64,000 nucleotides of DNA from Chitinophagales bacterium (GTDB taxonomy: Bacteria; Bacteroidota; Bacteroidia; Chitinophagales; UBA10324), in contig JBDHXV010000004.1 of the NCBI GenBank assembly GCA_039810885.1, positions 1,414 to 65,413 on the forward strand, written 5' to 3'. This document shows positions 38,552-48,108 of the stretch, piece after piece; position 1 is the stretch's first letter; each line of letters starts with the position of its first letter. Below the pieces are notes generated by a model. It ran no database searches. It was not told the origin of the DNA and worked only from the letters and a program-made list of their open reading frames with translations. A program made the translations under genes and the position numbers.

Positions 38552-39145
38552 ATGAGCGAAATAAAAACAAAACCACCTTTTAAAGCACATCCCACAGCAG
38601 TAATTGATGAGGGGTGTATAATTGGCAATGGCACAGTCATCTGGCATTTTTCGCATATAATGTCAGGCTGTGAAATAGGCGAAGATTGCAATCTCGGACA
38701 AAATGTTGTGGTTCTTCCGGGAGTTAAATTGGGGAATAAAGTTAAAGTGCAAAATAATGTTTCAATCTATACTGGAGTTATTTGCGAAGATGAGGTGTTC
38801 CTTGGCCCAAGTATGGTGTTCACTAATATCACCAACCCTCGCAGCGCCATCGTACGGAAACACATGTATGAAAAAACCTTACTAAAACGCGGCGCATCGG
38901 TTGGTGCTAATGCGACTATCGTATGCGGCCACACACTTGGCGAGTATAGTTTTATCGGCGCAGGCAGCGTAGTAACTAAAGATGTGAAACCCTATGCCTT
39001 GATGGTTGGTAACCCTGCCCATCAAATGGGATGGATGAGTGAATATGGTCATCGCCTTCATTTTAATCAAGAAGGAATAGCTGAATGCCCGGAAAGCCTT
39101 CAACTTTATAAATTAGAAAACGACGAAGTAAAACGAATAAAATAA
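38552..39145 (+). CDS. left-handed beta-helix sugar N-acetyltransferase (WbpD/WlbB-like)
   Basis: Hexapeptide repeats throughout, and the C-terminus VGNPAHQMGWMSEYGHRL is typical of WbpD-type enzymes. Confidence 0.75.
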   Translation: MSEIKTKPPFKAHPTAVIDEGCIIGNGTVIWHFSHIMSGCEIGEDCNLGQNVVVLPGVKLGNKVKVQNNVSIYTGVICEDEVFLGPSMVFTNITNPRSAIVRKHMYEKTLLKRGASVGANATIVCGHTLGEYSFIGAGSVVTKDVKPYALMVGNPAHQMGWMSEYGHRLHFNQEGIAECPESLQLYKLENDEVKRIK

Positions 39146-40441
39146 ATGATCTACGACGATCTCTTAGCAAAGAAGAATAAACTTGCCGTAATAGGCTTAG
39201 GTTACGTTGGGTTGCCCATAGCCCTTGAGTTTGCCCGCAAAATTTCAGTCATCGGCTTTGATATTAACCCTAAGCGGGTAGAAATGATGAGAAAAGGAAT
39301 AGACCCGAGCAACGAAATAGAAAAGGAGGCTTTTGAAAATTGTGATATAAAATTTACCAGTTCAATTGAAGACCTACGAGAGGCACAATTTTATATAGTT
39401 GCGGTTCCCACACCAGTTGATGAGCACAACGTGCCGGATTTAATACCCGTGCTAAGTGCAAGCGAAACAATAGGCAAGGTGATTAAAAAAGGAGATTATG
39501 CCGTATTTGAATCAACAGTATATCCCGGATGTACAGAAGATGATTGCTTACCTGTAATCGAAAGAATCTCGGGGTTAAAAAATGTAAAAGACTTCAAGTT
39601 AGGTTATTCTCCCGAACGAATTAATCCAGGAGATAAAGAACACACCTTACCCAAAATCACGAAAGTGGTATCAGGCAGTGATGCGGAATCTTTAGAACAA
39701 ATTGCCAAAGTGTATGAAATCGTAGTGAAAGCCGGAACCCATCGCGCTCCGAGTATCAAAGTTGCAGAAGCAGCTAAAATCATTGAAAACACTCAACGCG
39801 ATTTAAATATTGCATTGATGAATGAACTATCCCGCATCTTCGATAAAGTAGGTATCAATACATACGATGTTATTGAAGCGGCTTCTACCAAGTGGAACTT
39901 CCTTAAATTTTACCCCGGATTGGTAGGGGGGCATTGTATCGGCGTTGACCCTTATTATCTTACTTACAAAGCTGCGGAATTGGGATATGATTCGGAAGTT
40001 ATCCTAAGCGGACGACGCATTAATGATGATATGGGGCCATATATTGCACGTCGTACGGTGCAATTGATGACCAAACAACACAAAGACATCAGCAAATCAC
40101 GTGTATTAGTAATGGGAGCTACTTTTAAAGAAAATGTGAGTGACATCCGAAACTCAAAAGTTGCAGACATTATTAACGAGTTAAAACAATTCTCTGTAAA
40201 CATTGATGTTATTGATCCTTATGCAGATTCTGATGAGTTAAAACACGAATATGGATTCGAATTGGTGAAAGAACCAAGCGGTAAATATGATGCCATCATT
40301 GTGGCAGTAAACCATGCAGACTATTTAAGTTTAGACCCTAATTATTTCAATAATCTTTGTGGCGATAACTGTGTAGTGATAGATGTGAAAGGCATTTATA
40401 GAAACAAGTTAAATCATAATATTAAATATTGGTGTTTATAA
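39146..40441 (+). CDS. UDP-N-acetyl-sugar 6-dehydrogenase (TviB/WbpA/WbpO-like nucleotide-sugar dehydrogenase)
   Basis: VIGLGYVGLPIA and GGHCIGVDPYYL (catalytic Cys). Confidence 0.8.
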   Translation: MIYDDLLAKKNKLAVIGLGYVGLPIALEFARKISVIGFDINPKRVEMMRKGIDPSNEIEKEAFENCDIKFTSSIEDLREAQFYIVAVPTPVDEHNVPDLIPVLSASETIGKVIKKGDYAVFESTVYPGCTEDDCLPVIERISGLKNVKDFKLGYSPERINPGDKEHTLPKITKVVSGSDAESLEQIAKVYEIVVKAGTHRAPSIKVAEAAKIIENTQRDLNIALMNELSRIFDKVGINTYDVIEAASTKWNFLKFYPGLVGGHCIGVDPYYLTYKAAELGYDSEVILSGRRINDDMGPYIARRTVQLMTKQHKDISKSRVLVMGATFKENVSDIRNSKVADIINELKQFSVNIDVIDPYADSDELKHEYGFELVKEPSGKYDAIIVAVNHADYLSLDPNYFNNLCGDNCVVIDVKGIYRNKLNHNIKYWCL

Positions 40442-41497
40442 ATGGGTAAGAGAAAAATATTGATTACCGGCGGTGCAGGCTTCATTGGCTCGCACGTTGT
40501 ACGTTTATTCTTAAATAAATACCCCGATTATACCATTCATAATCTGGACACACTCACTTATGCCGGCAATCTCGAGAATCTCAAGGATATTGAATACCTA
40601 CCTAACTATAAATTTATTAAAGCAGATATTAAAGATGCAGAAACGATATTGACGCTTTTTAATAAAGAACAATATGATGGGGTTATTCATCTTGCCGCTG
40701 AAAGCCACGTAGATCGCAGTATTGCCAATCCTATGGATTTTGTACTTACAAATGTGGTAGGAACCGTAGTGCTGTTAAATGCAGCACGTGCGACGTGGAA
40801 AGACACTACCGGAAAGCGTTTTTATCATGTATCTACCGATGAAGTTTATGGCTCTTTAGGCGAGGAAGGATTTTTTACAGAAGAAACTGCCTATGACCCT
40901 CGCTCCCCATACTCTGCTTCTAAAGCAAGTTCAGATCATTTCGTACGAGCATATCATCACACTTTTACCTTGCCTGTGGTGTTGTCAAATTGTTCTAACA
41001 ACTACGGCTCGCATCAGTTTCCCGAAAAATTAATTCCTCTTTGTATTCATAATATAAAGCACAATAAACCACTGCCTATATACGGCAAAGGGGATAATGT
41101 TCGTGACTGGCTTTGGGTTAATGATCATGCTCAAGCTATCGATTTAATTTTCCATTCCGGCAAGAACGGAGAAACCTACAATATCGGCGGCTTTAATGAG
41201 TGGAAGAATATCGATTTGGTAAAGATATTGTGCAAGCTAATGGATGAAAAACTCCAGCGACCTCCTCAAACTTCTGAACAATTAATAACTTATGTAAAAG
41301 ACCGCGCAGGGCACGATTTACGATACGCCATTGATGCTACAAAAATAAAACGTGAACTGGGATGGCACCCCTCCTTACAATTTGAGGAAGGACTTTCCAA
41401 AACGATCGATTGGTACCTGACCAATGATGAATGGTTGCAACACGTTACCGGTGGAACGTATAAAAATTATTACGACGCACAATACGAAAAACGCTAA
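40442..41497 (+). CDS. rfbB: dTDP-glucose 4,6-dehydratase
   Basis: ITGGAGFIGSH; STDEVYG; SPYSASKASSDHF (YxxxK); LRYAIDATKIKRELGW. Confidence 0.9.
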   Translation: MGKRKILITGGAGFIGSHVVRLFLNKYPDYTIHNLDTLTYAGNLENLKDIEYLPNYKFIKADIKDAETILTLFNKEQYDGVIHLAAESHVDRSIANPMDFVLTNVVGTVVLLNAARATWKDTTGKRFYHVSTDEVYGSLGEEGFFTEETAYDPRSPYSASKASSDHFVRAYHHTFTLPVVLSNCSNNYGSHQFPEKLIPLCIHNIKHNKPLPIYGKGDNVRDWLWVNDHAQAIDLIFHSGKNGETYNIGGFNEWKNIDLVKILCKLMDEKLQRPPQTSEQLITYVKDRAGHDLRYAIDATKIKRELGWHPSLQFEEGLSKTIDWYLTNDEWLQHVTGGTYKNYYDAQYEKR

Positions 41498-41506
41498 TTG
41501 CAGGAA

Positions 41507-42481
41507 ATGTACGAGACACCATTTCATACTACAGCGTTAAGTGACAAAATCATAGTCGTTACCGGTGGTGCAGGATTTATAGGTTCTCATTTAGTAGAAT
41601 ATTTATTAAAACAGGGAGCTAAAGAAGTCCGCGCATTTGATAATCTTAGCACCGGACGCCAGCAAAATGTTGACTTATTTACAACATATCCTAATTATCA
41701 CTTTATCAAAGGAGATATATGCAATATAGAAGAAATACAACAGGCTCTCGAAGGATCTGACTACTTATTGCATCAGGCCGCATTAGGCTCTGTGCCCCGC
41801 TCCATCAAAGACCCCATTGCCACCAATCGAATTAACGTAGATGGTTTTCTGAATACCCTGGTAGCTGCACGTGATGCGGGAGTTAAGCGTGTAGTCTATG
41901 CATCTTCATCGTCCGTTTACGGCGACCACCCGAGCTTGCCCAAGGTGGAAAGTCAAACGGGAAATCCGCTGTCTCCCTATGCTGTTACAAAAAAGACGAA
42001 TGAATACTACGCCCAAGTCTTTGCCAATGTATATAACATGGAAATCATCGGGTTACGTTACTTTAATATCTTCGGGCCAAGGCAAGACCCTAATGGTCCT
42101 TATGCTGCTGTGATTCCACTTTTTATTTCATTAATGAAAAATAAACAGGCCCCGTATATCAACGGAGATGGCAAGCAGACTCGTGATTTTACTTTTGTAT
42201 CGAATGCCGTGCAAGCAAATATCAAAGCATTGTTTACCCTTAATAAGTTGGCATTAAATCAGGTTTACAATATCGCCGTAGGTGAAAATTTCTCTCTGCT
42301 TGATATGTCTGCATTATTAAAAGAAATCTTAAACTGCTCCATCTCACCGATTCATCGTGAAGATCGAGCAGGAGATATTCGTAATTCTCTTGCAGATATT
42401 CGTAAAGCAAGGGAATTGATTGGATACCATCCTACCGTTCATTTCAAAGAAGGGTTACAAATTACTTCATCAGCATTTTAA
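41507..42481 (+). CDS. NAD-dependent epimerase (WbpP/TviC-like UDP-N-acetyl-sugar 4-epimerase)
   Basis: [12 protein letters not shown]; SSSSVYGD; SPYAVTKKTNEYY. The track start 41498 is TTG; ATG 41507 is preferred. Confidence 0.8.
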   Translation: MYETPFHTTALSDKIIVVTGGAGFIGSHLVEYLLKQGAKEVRAFDNLSTGRQQNVDLFTTYPNYHFIKGDICNIEEIQQALEGSDYLLHQAALGSVPRSIKDPIATNRINVDGFLNTLVAARDAGVKRVVYASSSSVYGDHPSLPKVESQTGNPLSPYAVTKKTNEYYAQVFANVYNMEIIGLRYFNIFGPRQDPNGPYAAVIPLFISLMKNKQAPYINGDGKQTRDFTFVSNAVQANIKALFTLNKLALNQVYNIAVGENFSLLDMSALLKEILNCSISPIHREDRAGDIRNSLADIRKARELIGYHPTVHFKEGLQITSSAF

Positions 42482-43009
42482 TTATCTGCTGGATAGCCAA
42501 TTTTGCCACAGTACAATGCCGGCACTTACTGCAATATTAAACGAGTGCTTACTTCCGAATTGAGGTATTTCAATTCCTATATCCAGCAAATCCAAAGTAT
42601 CTTCACCTAATCCATTGACTTCATTTCCGAAAACAAATGCATAGTATTGGCTCCTATCCGCTTTAAACAGTTCTAAGGATACACTTTCATCTAATTGCTC
42701 CACCCCTATGATTTTATAATTCTTATCCTTTAGTTGAATTAAAGCCTCGCGTGTTGTATTAAAATAAGCCCAAGGAACAGAATCTGTAGCACCTAAAGCT
42801 GTTTTCTGAATTTCACGATTTGGCGGAACTGCCGTTATGCCGCAGAGATAGACGGCCTCCATACCAAATGCATCTGCCGTTCTAAAAACAGATCCCACAT
42901 TCATAGCACTCCGGATATTATCCAATACCACGACCGCTTTGCTACGAACACTGTTGGAATAATCTATTTTATTTATTCGCCCCAGTTCCTCATTGGCAAT
43001 TTTTCTCAT
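42482..43009 (-). CDS. TrmH/SpoU-family RNA 2'-O-methyltransferase
   Basis: NVGSVFRTADAFG, FVFGNEVNGL and SFNIAVSAGIVLW motifs. ATG 43009 is preferred over the TTG at 43042. Its stop abuts the epimerase stop. Confidence 0.85.
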   Translation of the reverse strand: MRKIANEELGRINKIDYSNSVRSKAVVVLDNIRSAMNVGSVFRTADAFGMEAVYLCGITAVPPNREIQKTALGATDSVPWAYFNTTREALIQLKDKNYKIIGVEQLDESVSLELFKADRSQYYAFVFGNEVNGLGEDTLDLLDIGIEIPQFGSKHSFNIAVSAGIVLWQNWLSSR

Positions 43010-43088
43010 AAACACAAAGATGCCACGAAAGAATCTTTGCAAACAAGTGCTAAAACCCTAAAGGCTTTCAGTATTTTAGCCTCCGCCC

Positions 43089-45713
43089 ATGAGTGTAAGC
43101 GAACTGAAACCGAGTAAAGAAAATAAGGCGGGAAAAGAGACGCCTTTGATGGCTCAGTACAATAGCATTAAGGCCAAGTATCCGGATGCCATTTTACTGT
43201 TTAGAGTCGGTGATTTTTATGAAACCTTTGGCGAAGATGCGATTAAGACTTCGGCTGTGTTAGGTATTGTCTTAACCAAGCGAGCCAATGGTGCCGCTTC
43301 TATGGTTGATTTAGCCGGATTTCCACATCATGCGCTGGATACCTATTTGCCCAAGTTAGTGCGTGCCGGATATCGAGTAGCTATATGCGATCAGTTAGAA
43401 GATCCTAAGCTGACGAAGACTATTGTAAAGCGTGGTGTCTCTGAATTAGTCACTCCGGGAGTTACCGACAATGCTAAAATACTCGACAACAAACGGAATA
43501 ATTTCTTAGCTACTGTTTATTTTCAGGAACAGCGTGCCGGACTTGCATTACTCGATATTAGCACTGGCGAGTTTTTGGGTTCTGAAGGCAGTATAAGTTC
43601 GATTGAAAAACAATTGCAAAGTTACAAGCCGGCAGAAGTAGTGTACTCCAAGCATCAGCGTACACTCTATACCGAGCAATTAGGAAATGATTATTACAAC
43701 TATGCTATGGACGAGTGGGCTTTCCAACAGAATCATGCATATCAATTATTAACGCGACACTTTCAAACACAAAGCTTGAAAGGCTTTGGCATTGAAAATA
43801 TGCCTCTTGCCATTATTGCTTGCGGTGCGGCATTACAATACTTGTCCGATACAGAACATCCGCACCTAGCTCACATTACCTCGCTCTCCCGAATTGATGA
43901 AGAGGAATATGTATGGTTAGATCGATTTACAGTTAGAAATTTAGAAATTATTCAGCCGATTTATGAAGCCGGGAAATCGCTATTATCTGTATTGGATCAC
44001 ACGCATACTCCAATGGGCTCTCGCCTCATGCATCGCTGGTTGCTCCTGCCCCTGAAAGATATTCATCGAATACAACAGCGCCAGGCTGTAGTTCATGTAT
44101 TTTATAGCAACGATGAATTGTTTCATAAAACTTCCGCATTGCTTAAACAGATTGGAGATTTAGAGCGTCTGGTTTCCCGCATCCCTTCTTTAAAAATTTC
44201 TCCTCGTGAGTTGCTTCAATTGCAGCGTTCACTTGACGCAATAGATCAGTTAAAAAACTTTTTTGAAGCTTCTCAGCAAGAAGTATTGCTACAAATTGCC
44301 GAACAACTGAACCCATGTAACAGTATTCGGGAACGTATCGGAAATGAGGTACGTGACGATGCTCCGGCCTTATTGCAGAAAGGTGGCGTAATTAAAAATG
44401 GAGTTAATGAGGAGTTAGATGAGTTGCTTGAATTAAGTCATAATAGTAAAAGCCGTTTATTGGAAATTCAACAACGCGAAATTGAAAAAACAGGTATCAG
44501 TTCTTTAAAAATTTCATTCAATAATGTATTCGGATATTATTTAGAAGTAACCAATGTACACAAAAGCAAAGTGCCGGCCGAGTGGACGCGCAAACAAACT
44601 CTGGTAAATGCAGAACGATACATCACCGAAGAGTTGAAACAATACGAAGAGAAAATATTGAATGCGGAAGAAAAAATATTACAATTAGAATCACAGTTAT
44701 TTCAACAATTAGTATTACACATCGGCGAGTTTATCAAGACCATACAATTAAACGCCTCACTCGTTGCTCGGATAGATTGTTTACTATCTTTTGCCTATTG
44801 TGCATCGCAATATGATTATTGCTGCCCCGAATGGAGCGAGGATTTAAAATCAGAAATAAAAGGCTCTCGCCATCCGGTTATAGAACGTATGCTTCCCCTT
44901 GGCGAAGAATACGTTCCCAATGACTTATTGATTGACGATCAAATACAACAAATACTGATTATCACCGGCCCCAATATGGCCGGCAAATCTGCCCTTATTC
45001 GTCAGGTTGCCTTAATCCAATTAATGGCACAATGCGGCTCTTATGTTCCGGCAACGTTTGCACGATTAAGTTGGGTTGATAAAATTTTTACTCGAGTGGG
45101 AGCCAGTGATAATATCTCTTCGGGAGAGAGCACCTTTATGGTCGAGATGAGCGAGACGGCAAGTATTCTAAACAACATTACCGACAGGAGCTTGGTGATT
45201 CTTGATGAAATCGGAAGAGGTACAGCCACTTTTGATGGTATTTCCATTGCATGGTCTATAGCCGAATTTTTACACGATCATCCCAAAGCAAACCCTAAAA
45301 CACTATTTGCAACACACTATCACGAACTCAGCGAGCTGGAAGAAAGATTCCCTCGAATCAAAAACTATAATGTGAGTATTAAAGAAGTCGGAAAAAAGGT
45401 CATCTTTTTACGCAAGTTAGAACCCGGCAGTAGCCAACATAGTTTTGGTATCCACGTAGCCCGTATGGCCGGCATCCCCAACGAGGTGGTGCAAAGGGCC
45501 TATGAGATACTGAAACAATTAGAAGCAAAAACCATTTCCCATCCGGGCATATCCGCTTTAGCACCTAAGCCTCCGGTTTTACAATTGGATTTGTTTGATG
45601 AAAATAATATCCGCCTAAAAAAGATGGATGAAAAATTAAAACAATTGGACATAAATACGCTCACACCCGTTGAAGCACTGTTGTTGTTACAAGAGTTGAA
45701 ACAGATGAAATGA
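43089..45713 (+). CDS. mutS: DNA mismatch repair protein MutS
   Basis: TPLMAQYNSIKAKYPDAILLFRVGDFYE; GPNMAGKS; DEIGRGT; THYHEL. Confidence 0.95.
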   Translation: MSVSELKPSKENKAGKETPLMAQYNSIKAKYPDAILLFRVGDFYETFGEDAIKTSAVLGIVLTKRANGAASMVDLAGFPHHALDTYLPKLVRAGYRVAICDQLEDPKLTKTIVKRGVSELVTPGVTDNAKILDNKRNNFLATVYFQEQRAGLALLDISTGEFLGSEGSISSIEKQLQSYKPAEVVYSKHQRTLYTEQLGNDYYNYAMDEWAFQQNHAYQLLTRHFQTQSLKGFGIENMPLAIIACGAALQYLSDTEHPHLAHITSLSRIDEEEYVWLDRFTVRNLEIIQPIYEAGKSLLSVLDHTHTPMGSRLMHRWLLLPLKDIHRIQQRQAVVHVFYSNDELFHKTSALLKQIGDLERLVSRIPSLKISPRELLQLQRSLDAIDQLKNFFEASQQEVLLQIAEQLNPCNSIRERIGNEVRDDAPALLQKGGVIKNGVNEELDELLELSHNSKSRLLEIQQREIEKTGISSLKISFNNVFGYYLEVTNVHKSKVPAEWTRKQTLVNAERYITEELKQYEEKILNAEEKILQLESQLFQQLVLHIGEFIKTIQLNASLVARIDCLLSFAYCASQYDYCCPEWSEDLKSEIKGSRHPVIERMLPLGEEYVPNDLLIDDQIQQILIITGPNMAGKSALIRQVALIQLMAQCGSYVPATFARLSWVDKIFTRVGASDNISSGESTFMVEMSETASILNNITDRSLVILDEIGRGTATFDGISIAWSIAEFLHDHPKANPKTLFATHYHELSELEERFPRIKNYNVSIKEVGKKVIFLRKLEPGSSQHSFGIHVARMAGIPNEVVQRAYEILKQLEAKTISHPGISALAPKPPVLQLDLFDENNIRLKKMDEKLKQLDINTLTPVEALLLLQELKQMK

Positions 45714-45783
45714 TGATTCTCTCCTATGAGTAACACTGTATGAGATGCTATAAAAAAATCCTTGTTTGAATTAATCGGAATGA

Positions 45784-45791
45784 TATATTTG
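45784..45791 (+). promoter_or_regulatory. candidate -7 box TATATTTG, 50 nt upstream of tRNA-Gly
   Basis: TTTG at 45766-45769 is a possible -33 element. Confidence 0.45.
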
Positions 45792-45801
45792 CAGTCCACA
45801 A

Positions 45802-45832
45802 AAAATACAGGATACCGAAAAGCCTGTATTTT
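45802..45832 (+). other. 10-bp A/U-rich hairpin between the candidate promoter and tRNA-Gly (mutS terminator or tRNA leader structure)
   Basis: AAAATACAGG (45802-45811) pairs with CCTGTATTTT (45823-45832), with an 11-nt loop. Confidence 0.5.
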
Positions 45833-45841
45833 ACGTGAAAA

Positions 45842-45914
45842 GCGGGAGTAGCTCAGTTGGTAGAGCACAACCTTGCCAAGGTTGGGGTCGCGGGTTCGAG
45901 TCTCGTCTCCCGCT
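45842..45914 (+). tRNA. tRNA-Gly (anticodon GCC)
   Basis: Hand-folded cloverleaf. Acceptor GCGGGAG/CTCCCGC, D arm GCTCAGTTGGTAGAGC, anticodon stem CAACC/GGTTG with loop TTGCCAA, T loop TTCGAGT. No encoded CCA. Confidence 0.9.
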
Positions 45915-45979
45915 CTTTTTTTTGTTATTCAATAGAATAATTTAAGAAATGAGAGCACAGCAAATTATGCTTTCAGGTC

Positions 45980-46065
45980 GCCCGGGTGGTGGAATCGGTA
46001 GACACGCAGGACTTAAAATCCTGTGGCCAGCAATGGCTGTGTGGGTTCAAGTCCCACCCCGGGTA
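45980..46065 (+). tRNA. tRNA-Leu (anticodon TAA)
   Basis: Acceptor GCCCGGG/CCCGGGT, anticodon stem CAGGA/TCCTG with loop CTTAAAA, long variable arm GGCCAGCAATGGCTG, T arm GTGGG-TTCAAGT-CCCAC. Confidence 0.9.
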
Positions 46066-46220
46066 CTTTTTATATTTTAATTCTATCATCAGTCCTTTTC
46101 TCAACTTTATTCTTGTCGCTCCCCGCCTCAATCATTATTGTTAAAACAGTGTACTTTGTTATCATGCTTTCTATATTAATTATACAAAAATAAAATTGGG
46201 ATAGAATTACCATAAAGCAA

Positions 46221-46249
46221 AGAAGGCTGCCTGAAACAGGCAGCCTTCT
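46221..46249. terminator. strong hairpin, likely bidirectional terminator
   Basis: 13-bp perfect stem AGAAGGCTGCCTG/CAGGCAGCCTTCT with a 3-nt loop. TTTATAAAT follows on the plus strand. It lies 23 nt after the minus-strand stop at 46272. Confidence 0.75.
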
Positions 46250-46271
46250 TTATAAATCTCAGGTATAAATA

Positions 46272-46898
46272 TTATTTTACCTTAGCTGAAGCTTTTACAG
46301 CATCGAACAATTTCTGAGCATTATCCAAGGTATATGTGCTGCCTGCAAGGAAGAAGTTATCCAGTGGGCGAACATCCTGAATGGTATAGAAAGCACCGTC
46401 TTTATCTACAACATAGCAGAAGTGAGATTCAGGCTGGTATTTCGTACCATTTTCTTCATCTTTCATTTGATAGGTATATACAAAACCTTTAGGATCTTCT
46501 TTTTCAATCTTACCATTTTGATAACTTGAATGATTGATACCTAATGCTTTTAGATTATCGAGTGCTTCAGCCAGACTACTTACGGCAAGGTTAGAAACCG
46601 TAATCTGATAAGCATTATTCAGGAAAACATCAACGCCACCATTACCATTCTTTTCCATTTTAACTCCTTTAGGTAAATTAAGAATAATCGGAGTAAGTGG
46701 TGATAGAGCGCTCAGGTCTGTAGCTTCCCATCCATTCGTATCAATAGTAATTACCGGGGCGTTCTCGTTGGTTGTTGAGCCGGTATTATCCGTAGTGTCT
46801 GTGGTTGTGTCTGTACTGTTTCCGCCACCACAAGCAGTAAACATGAATGTGCTTCCTATAAGGATAGAAGCCATCAGGAGGTTGTTGAGTTTTTTCAT
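46272..46898 (-). CDS. lipoprotein, unknown function
   Basis: The internal ATG 46898 gives MKKLNNLLMASILIGSTFMFTAC (lipobox), followed by a T/D/N-rich linker. Confidence 0.6.
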   Translation of the reverse strand: MKKLNNLLMASILIGSTFMFTACGGGNSTDTTTDTTDNTGSTTNENAPVITIDTNGWEATDLSALSPLTPIILNLPKGVKMEKNGNGGVDVFLNNAYQITVSNLAVSSLAEALDNLKALGINHSSYQNGKIEKEDPKGFVYTYQMKDEENGTKYQPESHFCYVVDKDGAFYTIQDVRPLDNFFLAGSTYTLDNAQKLFDAVKASAKVK

Positions 46899-46924
46899 TT
46901 TGAAAAGGGTTTTTAAAAAGGTTA

Positions 46925-46932
46925 CAAAAATA
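46925..46932 (-). promoter_or_regulatory. candidate -7 box (TATTTTTG on minus strand), 26 nt upstream of ATG 46898
   Basis: Plus strand reads CAAAAATA. Confidence 0.45.
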
Positions 46933-46944
46933 CACATACTGCCA

Positions 46945-48096
46945 TCATTTCAAAATATTAATTCGCTCTTTCTCCGTTAAGGTAAATAGAAAACGCATAG
47001 CATAAATTATTAATTGATAACTCAAAAAATCAAGAAAGCGGGAGAATACATTCGTATGAATGTAAAAATTATTAGCCGAATGTACACAGTCGGATTGAAT
47101 TATCTTTTGAATCTCGAGGCTTAACTCAGAGGCAATTTGTTGATACTTGACATCGACATTTAATTCAACGCTAATGTACTCACTAAGATAATTTAAGTTG
47201 TAAGAGCCTAAGGTTATCAGCTCACTATCAAACACGGCCACTTTCGCATGTACATTCGTTGGACGGTACTCATATACATGAATTTTATTTCTAAATAACC
47301 ACGAGTAGTAGTAATTCATGGCACGTTTCACAACCGGCACATCGCTTTTTGCCGAAAGCAACACAGAAATCTGCACACCTCGATTTACTGCCTTTTGCAT
47401 AAGACGTCGCATACGAAGTCCCGGCAGGAAATAGGCGTTCACAATTACAATTTCCTTTTTAGCATTGCTTATAAATTCTTTGTAGCTCTTGGTAATTTCT
47501 TGTTTACCTCGAATAAAGTCACATTGTCTAAAACGTATAAGAAGCTCTTCTTTAACCTTCCCTTGATTAAAAAATAATTTTGTTGGAATATATTTCTTGT
47601 TAAAGAGCGATAAGCATATTTTATTAAGTTTAATGCACACCTCTCCTTCAATATACAGTGCATAATCAAACCATGGTTTGTTGCCGTCAAAGCCCGAATA
47701 TGCGTCAGAGATATTAATACCTCCCACTAAAGCATATTGTTCATCAGTGACTAAAACCTTATGGTGCAATCGCCGACCTAATCTGAATGGCCGAGTACGA
47801 TTCAATGGTGAAAAGAAGCGCAACGTTATCCCGTCTCTTTTCATCTCATCCACATCTGCATTATCTATTCCTTTAGAGCCAAAGCCGTCTAACAAAAGAA
47901 ATACTTTAACTCCTCGCGCTGCAGCTTCTATCAGATGTTGCTTTATGCGTTGCCCGGTTCTGTCCGATTCAAAGATGTAGGTCTGTAAGTGTATCGTATG
48001 TTTAGCTGCATCAATTAGGTGGCAACAATAATCGAAGTATTCACTGCCACTGTGAATGAGGACTACGTCACGTGCATTATCAAATGCGGTTGTCAT
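46945..48096 (-). CDS. phospholipase D family protein, ClsB-like cardiolipin/phospholipid synthase (no TM segment)
   Basis: Two HKD motifs: HHKVLVTDEQYALVGGINISD and HAKVAVFDSELITLGSYNLN. N-terminus SGSEYFD...IHLQTYIFESDRTG...RGVKVFLLLDGFGS. Confidence 0.75.
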   Translation of the reverse strand: MTTAFDNARDVVLIHSGSEYFDYCCHLIDAAKHTIHLQTYIFESDRTGQRIKQHLIEAAARGVKVFLLLDGFGSKGIDNADVDEMKRDGITLRFFSPLNRTRPFRLGRRLHHKVLVTDEQYALVGGINISDAYSGFDGNKPWFDYALYIEGEVCIKLNKICLSLFNKKYIPTKLFFNQGKVKEELLIRFRQCDFIRGKQEITKSYKEFISNAKKEIVIVNAYFLPGLRMRRLMQKAVNRGVQISVLLSAKSDVPVVKRAMNYYYSWLFRNKIHVYEYRPTNVHAKVAVFDSELITLGSYNLNYLSEYISVELNVDVKYQQIASELSLEIQKIIQSDCVHSANNFYIHTNVFSRFLDFLSYQLIIYAMRFLFTLTEKERINILK

Positions 48097-48108
48097 TTTA
48101 ATAAAACT

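Noticed and set aside
45500-45868. 122-aa minus-strand ORF spanning the mutS 3' end and tRNA-Gly
   Set aside because: It overlaps a confidently called mutS C-terminus and a tRNA gene, and its product has no recognisable features. Spurious.
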